DNA of 64,000 nt from a virus (taxonomy: Duplodnaviria; Caudoviricetes): the IMG/VR virus record IMGVR_UViG_2558860244_000005, positions 15,338-79,337 of that record. The stretch is one strand, 5' to 3'. Below the pieces are notes generated by a model. That model searched no databases. It was not told the origin of the DNA and saw only the letters and a program-made list of their open reading frames with translations. The translations under genes and the position numbers were made by a program. Below are positions 26,984 through 35,005 of this stretch, one piece after another. The number at the start of each line of letters is the position of its first letter. Within the stretch, counting starts at the first letter, position 1.

Positions 26984-27325
26984 ATGCGCTTTAACAAGGG
27001 CGGATTTCATGAGCCCACATCGATCACGGAAGCCGCGTTGCTCAGCTATGCGATCGTGCCGGTGTGCCGCTGTGGGCATCGGTGTTCGTTCGATCCCTGG
27101 GGGCTCTGGTATCATTTCGAGCGCCGGCGGTGGGATGGCGAGTTTTCGGCGGCGAAGGTGCGCTTCTGGTGCCGGGTCTGCGCATCCAGGCAAAAGGCGC
27201 CAGGCAGAAAAGACCGGGTAAGGCCGATTCGCTTCGACTTGGAGCATCCCCCGAAGGTGGATGTTCGGCTTCCCCGGCCGCCTGAGCATGAGTGGAAACG
27301 CGTGGTGAACCGGACGCGCTGCTGA
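26984..27325 (+). CDS. Cys-rich putative Zn-binding hypothetical protein
   Basis: CRCGH...WCRVC. Confidence 0.6.
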   Translation: MRFNKGGFHEPTSITEAALLSYAIVPVCRCGHRCSFDPWGLWYHFERRRWDGEFSAAKVRFWCRVCASRQKAPGRKDRVRPIRFDLEHPPKVDVRLPRPPEHEWKRVVNRTRC

Positions 27326-27337
27326 CCGCGCTCTTAC

Positions 27338-27625
27338 CTATTCAGAGACGCGGCCGCTCCCGGCTCGAGCCTCCGCGTCGTGCTCGCGGATCGCGTCGAC
27401 CTTCGCTGCGCACTTGTTGAACGCCTTGATGTAGATGCCGCGGCTATCGATGATAGAGGCGACCGTCTCCTGGGGCACATCCTGCACGGTGCAACGTTCC
27501 AGCAGACCGGCCGGGATTCCCTTGTAGGCAGGCGGCGGCGCCGAGGCGATCTCACCTTTGCTGTTCGAGCAGGCGGCGCAGGTCAGGAGGGAGGCGGCGA
27601 GCCATAAGTTCGCGAACTTCCGCAT
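27338..27625 (-). CDS. Outer-membrane spanin (Rz1-like lipoprotein)
   Basis: MRKFANLWLAASLLTCAAC signal + lipobox, Pro-rich segment; overlaps the i-spanin 3' end. Confidence 0.75.
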   Translation of the reverse strand: MRKFANLWLAASLLTCAACSNSKGEIASAPPPAYKGIPAGLLERCTVQDVPQETVASIIDSRGIYIKAFNKCAAKVDAIREHDAEARAGSGRVSE

Positions 27626-27944
27626 TGCTTTTCTCCAGTTCCTTGATTTGGGCGGACGAGGCGACGCCCTGCTGTTCGATGAGCGCGAGCTTGTCCTGGA
27701 GCAGCAGGACGTTCTTCTGCTCCAGCGCGCGCAGGCGGTCCTGCTCCGCGTACCGGTCGGCCCAGCCTCGGTTCGCGCTGACCAGATCGCCGACGCGGGT
27801 GTCGAGCGTGGCGATCTGGTCGTTTTGCCGTTGGATATGCAGGTATGCGGCAACGGTCGCACCGATGCCGCAGATCGCCAGCACGCCGATCATGGCGAGC
27901 AGCTCGGACTTGAAAGGCGTGATCAGGTTCGAAAGCCATTTCAC
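27552..27944 (-). CDS. Inner-membrane spanin (Rz-like)
   Basis: N-terminal TM followed by a coiled coil; follows the holin. Confidence 0.75.
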   Translation of the reverse strand: MKWLSNLITPFKSELLAMIGVLAICGIGATVAAYLHIQRQNDQIATLDTRVGDLVSANRGWADRYAEQDRLRALEQKNVLLLQDKLALIEQQGVASSAQIKELEKSNAEVRELMARRLPPDLRRLLEQQR

Positions 27945-28306
27945 AGCTGTTCCTCCTCTTGAGCCTTGGCGGCCTCGACGCGCTTGTCGGTATTCGCGCG
28001 CAGCTTGATCCCAAGGCGTTCGTAGACGATGCGCTCCAGGAGCCGGATCGAGACATTCGCCCCGAGCCAACCGAAGATGCCAACGATGAACCCGCTATAA
28101 AGTGGATCGACCTCCATCGCGCGGCACAGGAGCATGACCAGAAAGCCCACGAGACCGGACGCAGCGACCTCCGTGAGCGCCCGCCACCCGTTCAGCTTGT
28201 TGCCCTTGTCGTTCTCACGCATGACGTAGCCCAGGCCGCCGGCAACGGCGGACAACAGGACATAGCCGAGTGACGTGAGCCAGTCGGATAGCGAGAAGTG
28301 TTCCAT
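27941..28306 (-). CDS. Holin
   Basis: Three hydrophobic segments, charged C-terminus, position between endolysin and spanins. Confidence 0.8.
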   Translation of the reverse strand: MEHFSLSDWLTSLGYVLLSAVAGGLGYVMRENDKGNKLNGWRALTEVAASGLVGFLVMLLCRAMEVDPLYSGFIVGIFGWLGANVSIRLLERIVYERLGIKLRANTDKRVEAAKAQEEEQL

Positions 28307-28322
28307 TGCGCCCCCAAACTCC

Positions 28323-28916
28323 TTAGCGCGCCCAGGCGCCGGTTTTGCCGTGCAGCCAGGTGAGGAACTGGCCCACGGTCTTGCCCTTCAGTATCGAAGG
28401 ATTTGCTTTCGTCGCGGCCTCGCCGGCGATCGCGTCGGCGCGATCGTCCACGTCGGCAGCGATGACCTTTGCCGCGGTTCCGGCGCCGAAGAAGTGCGCC
28501 GCATAGAGCGACGCCTTGTTGATGGGGATGCCCTTGGCGCGCAGGGCCGCTGCGTTCTTCTCCGTGAAGGTTTTCGCGCGAGCAAGCTGCTCCGAGACGG
28601 GAGGCTTCAAGCCGCCGAAAGCGAGGTTCATGTTCGAGCCCCAAGAGCCGCCTTCGCCAATCCAGGTCGCGCGAATGAACTGGTAGAGGCCCGAGGCGCT
28701 GGAGGTGCTGGCCTTGATGTAGGGGCGGTCGCCGCTCTCGATCTTGGAGAGCATGGGCCAATAATCGTCGGGGATGCTGCTCGTTTCAGACATGCGCGGG
28801 GCTCCAAAAGCGTCGAGAAGATTGTCGAGGGCGTGGACGTTGCCGGGATCGTCGAAGAGGCCAGGCCGCGCGATGGCCCGGACGGCGTCGAAGGCGGCTT
28901 TACGGGGATCGGTCAT
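28323..28916 (-). CDS. Endolysin (lysozyme-like / lytic transglycosylase fold)
   Basis: KIESG catalytic Glu, SSASGLYQF motif, LYAAHFFG. Confidence 0.85.
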   Translation of the reverse strand: MTDPRKAAFDAVRAIARPGLFDDPGNVHALDNLLDAFGAPRMSETSSIPDDYWPMLSKIESGDRPYIKASTSSASGLYQFIRATWIGEGGSWGSNMNLAFGGLKPPVSEQLARAKTFTEKNAAALRAKGIPINKASLYAAHFFGAGTAAKVIAADVDDRADAIAGEAATKANPSILKGKTVGQFLTWLHGKTGAWAR

Positions 28917-28926
28917 GACACGAGGT

Positions 28927-29229
28927 CTACTCGGCCGCCGGGCCGGTCTGAGCGTCCGCGAGCGCCTGGACTCGCTCGACCTCGCGATCGAACATGTCGG
29001 TTACGCCGCGCACGACGCTGATCAGCGCTGTCGCCTGCTGGAACGGCGTGCCCATCGTGTTGTCGGAAGCGAGCTGCGGCAGCAAAGCGGCGAGATCATC
29101 GGCGAGGGTCGCCACCTTGCCGCTCGCCAACGCGGCCTTGAACGCCTTCAGGCCGGGAAGGTTGGAGACGGCAATCTGCTTGTCGAGTTCTGCCCGCTGG
29201 GCGAGCAGCTGGTCTGGCGTGAGGGCCAT
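28927..29229 (-). CDS. Hypothetical helical protein
   Basis: GGAG RBS, MALTPDQLL start. Confidence 0.7.
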   Translation of the reverse strand: MALTPDQLLAQRAELDKQIAVSNLPGLKAFKAALASGKVATLADDLAALLPQLASDNTMGTPFQQATALISVVRGVTDMFDREVERVQALADAQTGPAAE

Positions 29230-29282
29230 GGTCATTCTCCTGTGGGGTGGTATAGTCGCGGCCGAAGCAGCGGAGTGAAACG

Positions 29283-29570
29283 GTGTCGGAAGAAAAGAGC
29301 AGCCCGGTCGATCAGATGAAGGACTGGGCACGGCGCGCGCCGACGCCTGACGGTCCGGTTCCTGACACGGACAATCTGGGCGATTACCTGGGCGCCAAGC
29401 GAATGGTCGTGGTGTTGATGGATGATCGGGGGCAGGCCTTCGCGATCAACCATGTCGATCTGAAGGGCGCCCAGCTGACCCGCTTGGAGCAGCCTCGCAG
29501 CGCGATGAATGAGCTGATGGACCAGCTCGGCGTCCATGACGGTCCGAACTGGAGCCAGATCAGCGACTGA
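29283..29570 (+). CDS. Antisense-oriented hypothetical moron
   Basis: GGAG RBS + GTG; TATAGT -10-like element at 29251-56. Confidence 0.6.
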   Translation: MSEEKSSPVDQMKDWARRAPTPDGPVPDTDNLGDYLGAKRMVVVLMDDRGQAFAINHVDLKGAQLTRLEQPRSAMNELMDQLGVHDGPNWSQISD

Positions 29571-29572
29571 GA

Positions 29573-30163
29573 CTACCTGGTGCGGCGGCCCCGCGGCTTC
29601 GAGGCGGCGGGCACCTCGGCCGGGATCAGGTTGCCGTCGTCGTCATATTCCTCGCTACCGTCGTCTTCGGACACCTCGACGGTGAACCGGTCCAGCAGGT
29701 CGGCGGCGCTGTCCTTCACGAAGAAGTCCACAGAGCCGGCCGCGCTGCGCAGCGTTGTCTTGAGCACCGTAGCGTCAGAGCGCACCAGTTCCTCACCGCG
29801 CTTTTCCTTCAGAGCGGCGGTTTCGGCCGACACCAGCTTGCCCCGGCCGTCCGTGATTCGCTCGCTCTCGATCGCGTAGGAGAAGGCGGAGCGCGGCATC
29901 GAGATCCGCTCGCCATCCGCGCCCTCGATCACTTCGCGCTCCGACGAGCTGCCGCCCGCCTTGTTGAGGATGAAGCCCATCCGCTCCCGCACGAGCGCGC
30001 TCTGCGCCTGGCCGTCGAGCACCAGCCAGACGAACGCGGCGCCGTTCGGATTGGCTTCTTTCTCCCTGTCCGAGAGCGAACGGACGATGCCGCCCGAGAT
30101 GGCACTTGCGGGCACGACGAGGGCTTTGCCGCTGGCCTGGACCAGCTTCACGAGGTTGTGCAT
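29573..30163 (-). CDS. Hypothetical protein with two tandem small beta-rich (FlbD-like?) domains
   Basis: AAGGA RBS before MHNLVKL; internal duplication visible. Confidence 0.6.
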   Translation of the reverse strand: MHNLVKLVQASGKALVVPASAISGGIVRSLSDREKEANPNGAAFVWLVLDGQAQSALVRERMGFILNKAGGSSSEREVIEGADGERISMPRSAFSYAIESERITDGRGKLVSAETAALKEKRGEELVRSDATVLKTTLRSAAGSVDFFVKDSAADLLDRFTVEVSEDDGSEEYDDDGNLIPAEVPAASKPRGRRTR

Positions 30164-30246
30164 GCGTTTTCCTTTGGAGGTAGGATGGTAGGGAATTGGG
30201 GGCCGGTATGCCCAGTCAGCTAGGCAGAACCGGCCGATTACCGCAG

Positions 30247-30978
30247 TTATGGAAAAGCGGAGTTGTCGATCATGGTGATCGGAGCTGAGACGTTCCCGCC
30301 AACATATCGTCGGACGTTCATGTTGCCGCTGCCGGGGCCAGTCCGGGTAGCAAAAGCGGTCCAGCTGTTGACCAAAGTGGCGCCGTTGATCCGCCATGAC
30401 GGCTTTTGGAACATAGTACTGGCTGTCGATTGGCCGCCCCCGATCGAAACAGAGTTGTAGCTCCACTTGATGAGGTTCGGCTGCCAGTTGATGCTTCGGC
30501 CGTTCGGGTCGAGCGGAGGGGTGACGGGAAGAAGGTTCTCCGGGTCGCTCGGGTCCATCACCAACTCAAGGTTCGTGTAAGCTGTCCATCCCGCGAGCTT
30601 CAACATTCGCAGGCCGCTATCGAAAGTCACCTTCTTGTCCGACACGCGGCGGAGTCGCACCGCCCAATTCGCGGATGTACCTTCAGGCCAATTGAGGTCT
30701 ACGCGGCCGAAGATCCGGATAGGATTGGAGCCCAGAGCCAGAACTCGCCACGTATTCGGCGAAACTTCATCCAATCGGTGAATACCCATCGCCGCGCTTG
30801 CGTTCAGCTCGTAATAAAGCAGCGGCCGACCGACACAGGCAAAGGTTGCCTGCGGATTTCCTATGCCGGAACCTGGGACGAACGCGGGCGTAACCTTGCC
30901 GACATATGCATAGGCCGATTTTTCGCTGTCGACCACGCGGCGCGACCCGCTATTCAATGCTGAAAAGCCCCAAGGCAT
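30247..30978 (-). CDS. Tail-tip / fibre-associated protein
   Basis: MPWGF start and repeated tFDS-type motifs; directly after the tip gene. Confidence 0.65.
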   Translation of the reverse strand: MPWGFSALNSGSRRVVDSEKSAYAYVGKVTPAFVPGSGIGNPQATFACVGRPLLYYELNASAAMGIHRLDEVSPNTWRVLALGSNPIRIFGRVDLNWPEGTSANWAVRLRRVSDKKVTFDSGLRMLKLAGWTAYTNLELVMDPSDPENLLPVTPPLDPNGRSINWQPNLIKWSYNSVSIGGGQSTASTMFQKPSWRINGATLVNSWTAFATRTGPGSGNMNVRRYVGGNVSAPITMIDNSAFP

Positions 30979-31313
30979 CAGCTTCCTCCGACCGTGAGTA
31001 TTTCGATCTCCGCCGCAACCGACTGGGTGACGCCTGCGGGGTGGGTGGCGGTGATCGTGGGCACACCGCCAGGGAAGGATAAGGCGATTTCCTTCCCCAC
31101 GATGGTAGGCGGAGTGCTGTTTGCACCGCCCGACGGATCAGCAACGTCCGAACGGACGATGGCGACCTTCTGATTGACAAGAGCCGGGTAGCTCCAGGAG
31201 CCTGTCGCATTGGCCGGGATCAACAAGGTGTCGTAATAGAACAGCGTCTCGTCGGTCCAACTATCGTATGTCACTTCGCCAGCGGGAGTGCGGCAGCGGA
31301 AAACCCACGGCAT
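30978..31313 (-). CDS. Tail-tip associated small protein (MPWVFRCRTPAGEVTYDS...)
   Basis: TGATG coupling on both sides. Confidence 0.7.
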   Translation of the reverse strand: MPWVFRCRTPAGEVTYDSWTDETLFYYDTLLIPANATGSWSYPALVNQKVAIVRSDVADPSGGANSTPPTIVGKEIALSFPGGVPTITATHPAGVTQSVAAEIEILTVGGS

Positions 31314-34300
31314 CAGTCGCGCCAGCCCATTTCGACCACCCGGACGCCTTGGTAGAGAATATAGTCCGTGGTTCGGCCATTCCCGTCGACGACGATGTAC
31401 TTTCCGTCGGAACCATTCCCGCCAGGTGGGACCATCTTGAACCGGTCGGCGCGAATCGCGAAGTCGGCCCGCGCGCCGTTGTTGTTCAACGCAATGCCGC
31501 TGACATAGCCACTTGCGTCGATCTCCACGCCCCAGCGGCCCATGATCGAGGTGATGTTGTTGTTGATCGTCGTGATCGCGGTGGAGTGCTGAGACACCGT
31601 CACGCCCTGGGTGCTGACGGTGGTAGAGAGGGAGGCGTATTGGGTGGTTAGGGTGGAGAGGGCTTGGAACGATTGTGTGATACTGGCTTCGGCCGAATAG
31701 GGTGTCCACGACGCGTAATTTTCCAGCTTCACCAACCTGGCGCCTGTGAGGGACAGTCCCGAAATGCCATACCAGCTGATTTGTACGATTATTGCGGTCG
31801 TCCCATTCGGGGCCTGTCCCGTTGCGGCATTCAGCGCCCGACCCTGATTGGCGTTGTCGAAGCTGTGTCCGCCACGCTCCGCGCCAAGGACTCGCCCAAT
31901 CTCCGAACCAGAGGAGTTGATAAACACCAGCGACATCCGCATGGCACCGGCCGACGCACTTAGAAGGGTGTCCACCGCAGCAGTGTAATAACCTCCCGCA
32001 TCTGCAGGGACGCTCGCGCTATTAAGGAAGAAGCTCGATGCCGACGAAACGACGCGCAAGTATCGCCCAAAACTCGATGAAAAATCGCTAGTCAGCGCAC
32101 CGTCGCTGTACCAGCCTGTGGTGCCGTTATCGGGTCCGCCATTAGCCAACAGGTTCTGCGATCCGGACGCGACGCGCGTGGTCAGCGTCGCGGTCTGCGC
32201 TTGCAATGTTGAGATTGCGGACTGAGCCGAGGTTATCGACGACCCTTGCGCTGAAACTGTGCTGCTGAGGTTGGAATAATTGCCCTGCAGCGTGGAGATC
32301 GCAGTGGCTTGGCTGGCGATGGTCGAGCCCTGCGTGCTCACCGTACTGGAGAGCGACGCGTACTGCCCGTTCAAACTGGACAGGGATGTTGCGTGGATCT
32401 CGATAACCGAACGCGCGCTGCCGGGCGAGTACGGCAGCGGCGAGGCTGACACTTCGCGGGTGTCTGCAAACTGCGGGCGACAGAACCATGCCCAGCTGTC
32501 TGCTCCAACATTGGTGGCAAGTTTGCGAAGATAGAAAACCGCACGGACGGCCTCTGCGGGTGCCTGCGCCTTGACCGACAACAGTTGATAACGGTCGACG
32601 TACATGCCGCCGCCGCCTGCTGCAGTCGTCGGAGTTTGGGGGACTCCAATGGAGTTGCCGCTTACGTTTAGCCATTGGACAATAAGTTGGACGAGGCAAC
32701 GATTCGTCGCCGCGAGTACCGATGCATCGTACCAATTTCCGCCTTTGACCGAGACGGCTTGCGTCCAGTCGCAGTAACCGCTGGAGGACGATGTGCCCTG
32801 ATAGCTCGTCAGGTTGTTTTCGCCGATGATCTGCCAGTTACTGTCCGGCGCATTTCGCGAGCCGGTTGCTATTTGGTCCACGGCATAGAAATTCCAGGCA
32901 GATGTCCCAGCTGCAAGGTCTGTATTCACTAGCAAATTGCCGCCACCAGCCACTATCTGCGTGCGCAGCGTGGCGATGTCGCCGCCCTGGGCGCTAGTGG
33001 TCGACTGCAGGCTGCTGATCGACGCCCCTTGCGCCGACACCGTACTCTCCAGCGTCGCCGTCCGACCCGAAACGCCGCTGATCGCCGTCGCGTTTTGGCT
33101 GATCGAGCTTTCCGCCGTGCCCACACGCGTCGTCAGGCTGGCGATGTTCTGGTTCGCCGTCGTGATGGCCTGGGCGTTCTGCGAGATCGAGGCGCCCTGA
33201 GTAGACACCGTGCTCGACAGCGAGGCGAGATCGCCCTGCACGGCGCTGATGGCCTGGGCGTTCTGATTGATGGAAGCGCCATTCGCCGTGAGCGTGGTAT
33301 CGATCGACGCAAGCCGCCCCGTGTGGTTGCTGACCGTCTGCGCCAGGCTGGTGATCGACGCGTTCTGATCGCCCAGCGTGGTCTCGATCGTGTCGATCCG
33401 GCCGCCCGCAGCAATGATGTCGGCCTGCGCGGTGGCGAGGCTGGCTCGGGTCACTGCGGCATCGGCCTGGATTTGATCGGCCGTCGCATTGATCGAGGCG
33501 ATATCGGCTTCCAGCTCGGCCTTCGTCTCGGCCGCGACGGTCTGCATCTGGACGATCGTCGCCTGAGCCGCCGCGATGTTGATCGTGGCCTGCGCAACAT
33601 CGATGTCGAGCTGGTCGAGCTGCTGCTCCTGCTCCTCAAGCTGGCCGACCACTTCCTCGGCAGGCTTTCCGGCAACGTCCGTTCCGGCCGGGGCGCCGAC
33701 CGTCGCGTTGTCCTCCGGCTTCGTGCCCGCCGGGTCGCCTACGTCCGGCCAGTCCACGCTCGCAGCGAGCGGCTCAACCTTGCCCGCGGTGCTCAGGCCC
33801 TCGATCGACAGGGATAGCGTGCAGATCGTCGAATCGACGGCAATCGAGAAGTCCTTGAAGAACCCGTAGACGGTGAGGGTTTCCATCCCCTCCTTGCCGA
33901 TCCACAGCGAGGGCTTCGCGCGCACCGCGGCGATGCGCCCGGCGACGAGATCGATGGCATCGCGGCGCAGCTTGGCGGGCAGCGTCATGCGCTTCGCCCA
34001 GGCGCGCTCCACGATCTGGATGTCACCGAACTCGTCCGCTTCCTTCCGGCTAAAATCCGTGATCCCGGCCTTGGCGTCGTCGGTGGTGGAGCCGAGCCCG
34101 ACCAGCTTGCCGACCAGCAGGGTGCCGACTTCGACAGTCCCCGGCCCGGTAACCGTCACCGTGACCTGTCCGGCCGTTCCCGGAAGATCGAGGAAGGTGA
34201 CAGTGCCGGCCGCATTCGGCGCGACGGTGCGGTCATAGCCGGCGGCCTGGACGCGCACCGTGGCTGCCTTCACGTCGAGCAGCGCCGCCGCGTCGATCGC

Positions 34301-35005
34301 GCCCGCTGCCAGCGTCACCGCGATCTGGCCGGGGGCTTCGGTGGTCGAGCCCAGCGCCTGGTCGAACATCGCCCACCGGTTCGTCGGGCCGATGTCGCGC
34401 CACTTGCCCGACACCCCGGCCGGGTCATTGCCCTTGTTGCCGATCGCGCCGCTTTCGTAGATCCGGTGCGTCGCCGCCTTGATGACGCGGGCGCCGAGCG
34501 GATAGGTCGTGCCCGCCGCCCATTCCGGATAGTCGTTCTCCGGCACGGACGCCGCAACCAGCGCGCCGCCCTCGATGGCGGCAGGCTGGAGCAACTGCAA
34601 CGTGGAGGCATGGCCGAGCGGCGCGGGATCGCCGCCGGGATCCGCGAAAGCCTCCGTTGCCGTCAGGGCCTCGACGGTCAGGGTGCAGTAGGCCTTCGGC
34701 GGCACCGGCAGGTCAATCTCAAAGTCCTTGAAGAACCCCCGGAAGTCTAGCCAGTCCACGCCCTCGTCAGCGATCCAGCGCGCCGGCTTTGCGCGGATGG
34801 CGGCAAGGCTCGCCTGGAGCGCGTCAGTCTGGTCGAACGGCACAACCAGGCGCACGGACATGCGCCGCGCAAAGCCGCGCTCGACGACGGTCGTCACGCC
34901 ATAGTCGTCGGTCACCCGGCGGCTATAGTCGACAATGCCGATCGTCGGCGTGGCTTCGGTCTCGCCCAGGTCCAGCGTTTCGCCGCTGTCGAGAACTACC
35001 CTCAC
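31313..35005 (-). CDS. Fused tail tip / host-specificity protein (1230 aa)
   Basis: Duplicated N-terminal Dit-like units, ChiC/CBM5-12-like WAAGTTY module, coiled coils, two GxNLL-started CBM-like domains, DUF1983-like C-terminus. Confidence 0.8.
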   Translation of the reverse strand: MRVVLDSGETLDLGETEATPTIGIVDYSRRVTDDYGVTTVVERGFARRMSVRLVVPFDQTDALQASLAAIRAKPARWIADEGVDWLDFRGFFKDFEIDLPVPPKAYCTLTVEALTATEAFADPGGDPAPLGHASTLQLLQPAAIEGGALVAASVPENDYPEWAAGTTYPLGARVIKAATHRIYESGAIGNKGNDPAGVSGKWRDIGPTNRWAMFDQALGSTTEAPGQIAVTLAAGAIDAAALLDVKAATVRVQAAGYDRTVAPNAAGTVTFLDLPGTAGQVTVTVTGPGTVEVGTLLVGKLVGLGSTTDDAKAGITDFSRKEADEFGDIQIVERAWAKRMTLPAKLRRDAIDLVAGRIAAVRAKPSLWIGKEGMETLTVYGFFKDFSIAVDSTICTLSLSIEGLSTAGKVEPLAASVDWPDVGDPAGTKPEDNATVGAPAGTDVAGKPAEEVVGQLEEQEQQLDQLDIDVAQATINIAAAQATIVQMQTVAAETKAELEADIASINATADQIQADAAVTRASLATAQADIIAAGGRIDTIETTLGDQNASITSLAQTVSNHTGRLASIDTTLTANGASINQNAQAISAVQGDLASLSSTVSTQGASISQNAQAITTANQNIASLTTRVGTAESSISQNATAISGVSGRTATLESTVSAQGASISSLQSTTSAQGGDIATLRTQIVAGGGNLLVNTDLAAGTSAWNFYAVDQIATGSRNAPDSNWQIIGENNLTSYQGTSSSSGYCDWTQAVSVKGGNWYDASVLAATNRCLVQLIVQWLNVSGNSIGVPQTPTTAAGGGGMYVDRYQLLSVKAQAPAEAVRAVFYLRKLATNVGADSWAWFCRPQFADTREVSASPLPYSPGSARSVIEIHATSLSSLNGQYASLSSTVSTQGSTIASQATAISTLQGNYSNLSSTVSAQGSSITSAQSAISTLQAQTATLTTRVASGSQNLLANGGPDNGTTGWYSDGALTSDFSSSFGRYLRVVSSASSFFLNSASVPADAGGYYTAAVDTLLSASAGAMRMSLVFINSSGSEIGRVLGAERGGHSFDNANQGRALNAATGQAPNGTTAIIVQISWYGISGLSLTGARLVKLENYASWTPYSAEASITQSFQALSTLTTQYASLSTTVSTQGVTVSQHSTAITTINNNITSIMGRWGVEIDASGYVSGIALNNNGARADFAIRADRFKMVPPGGNGSDGKYIVVDGNGRTTDYILYQGVRVVEMGWRD

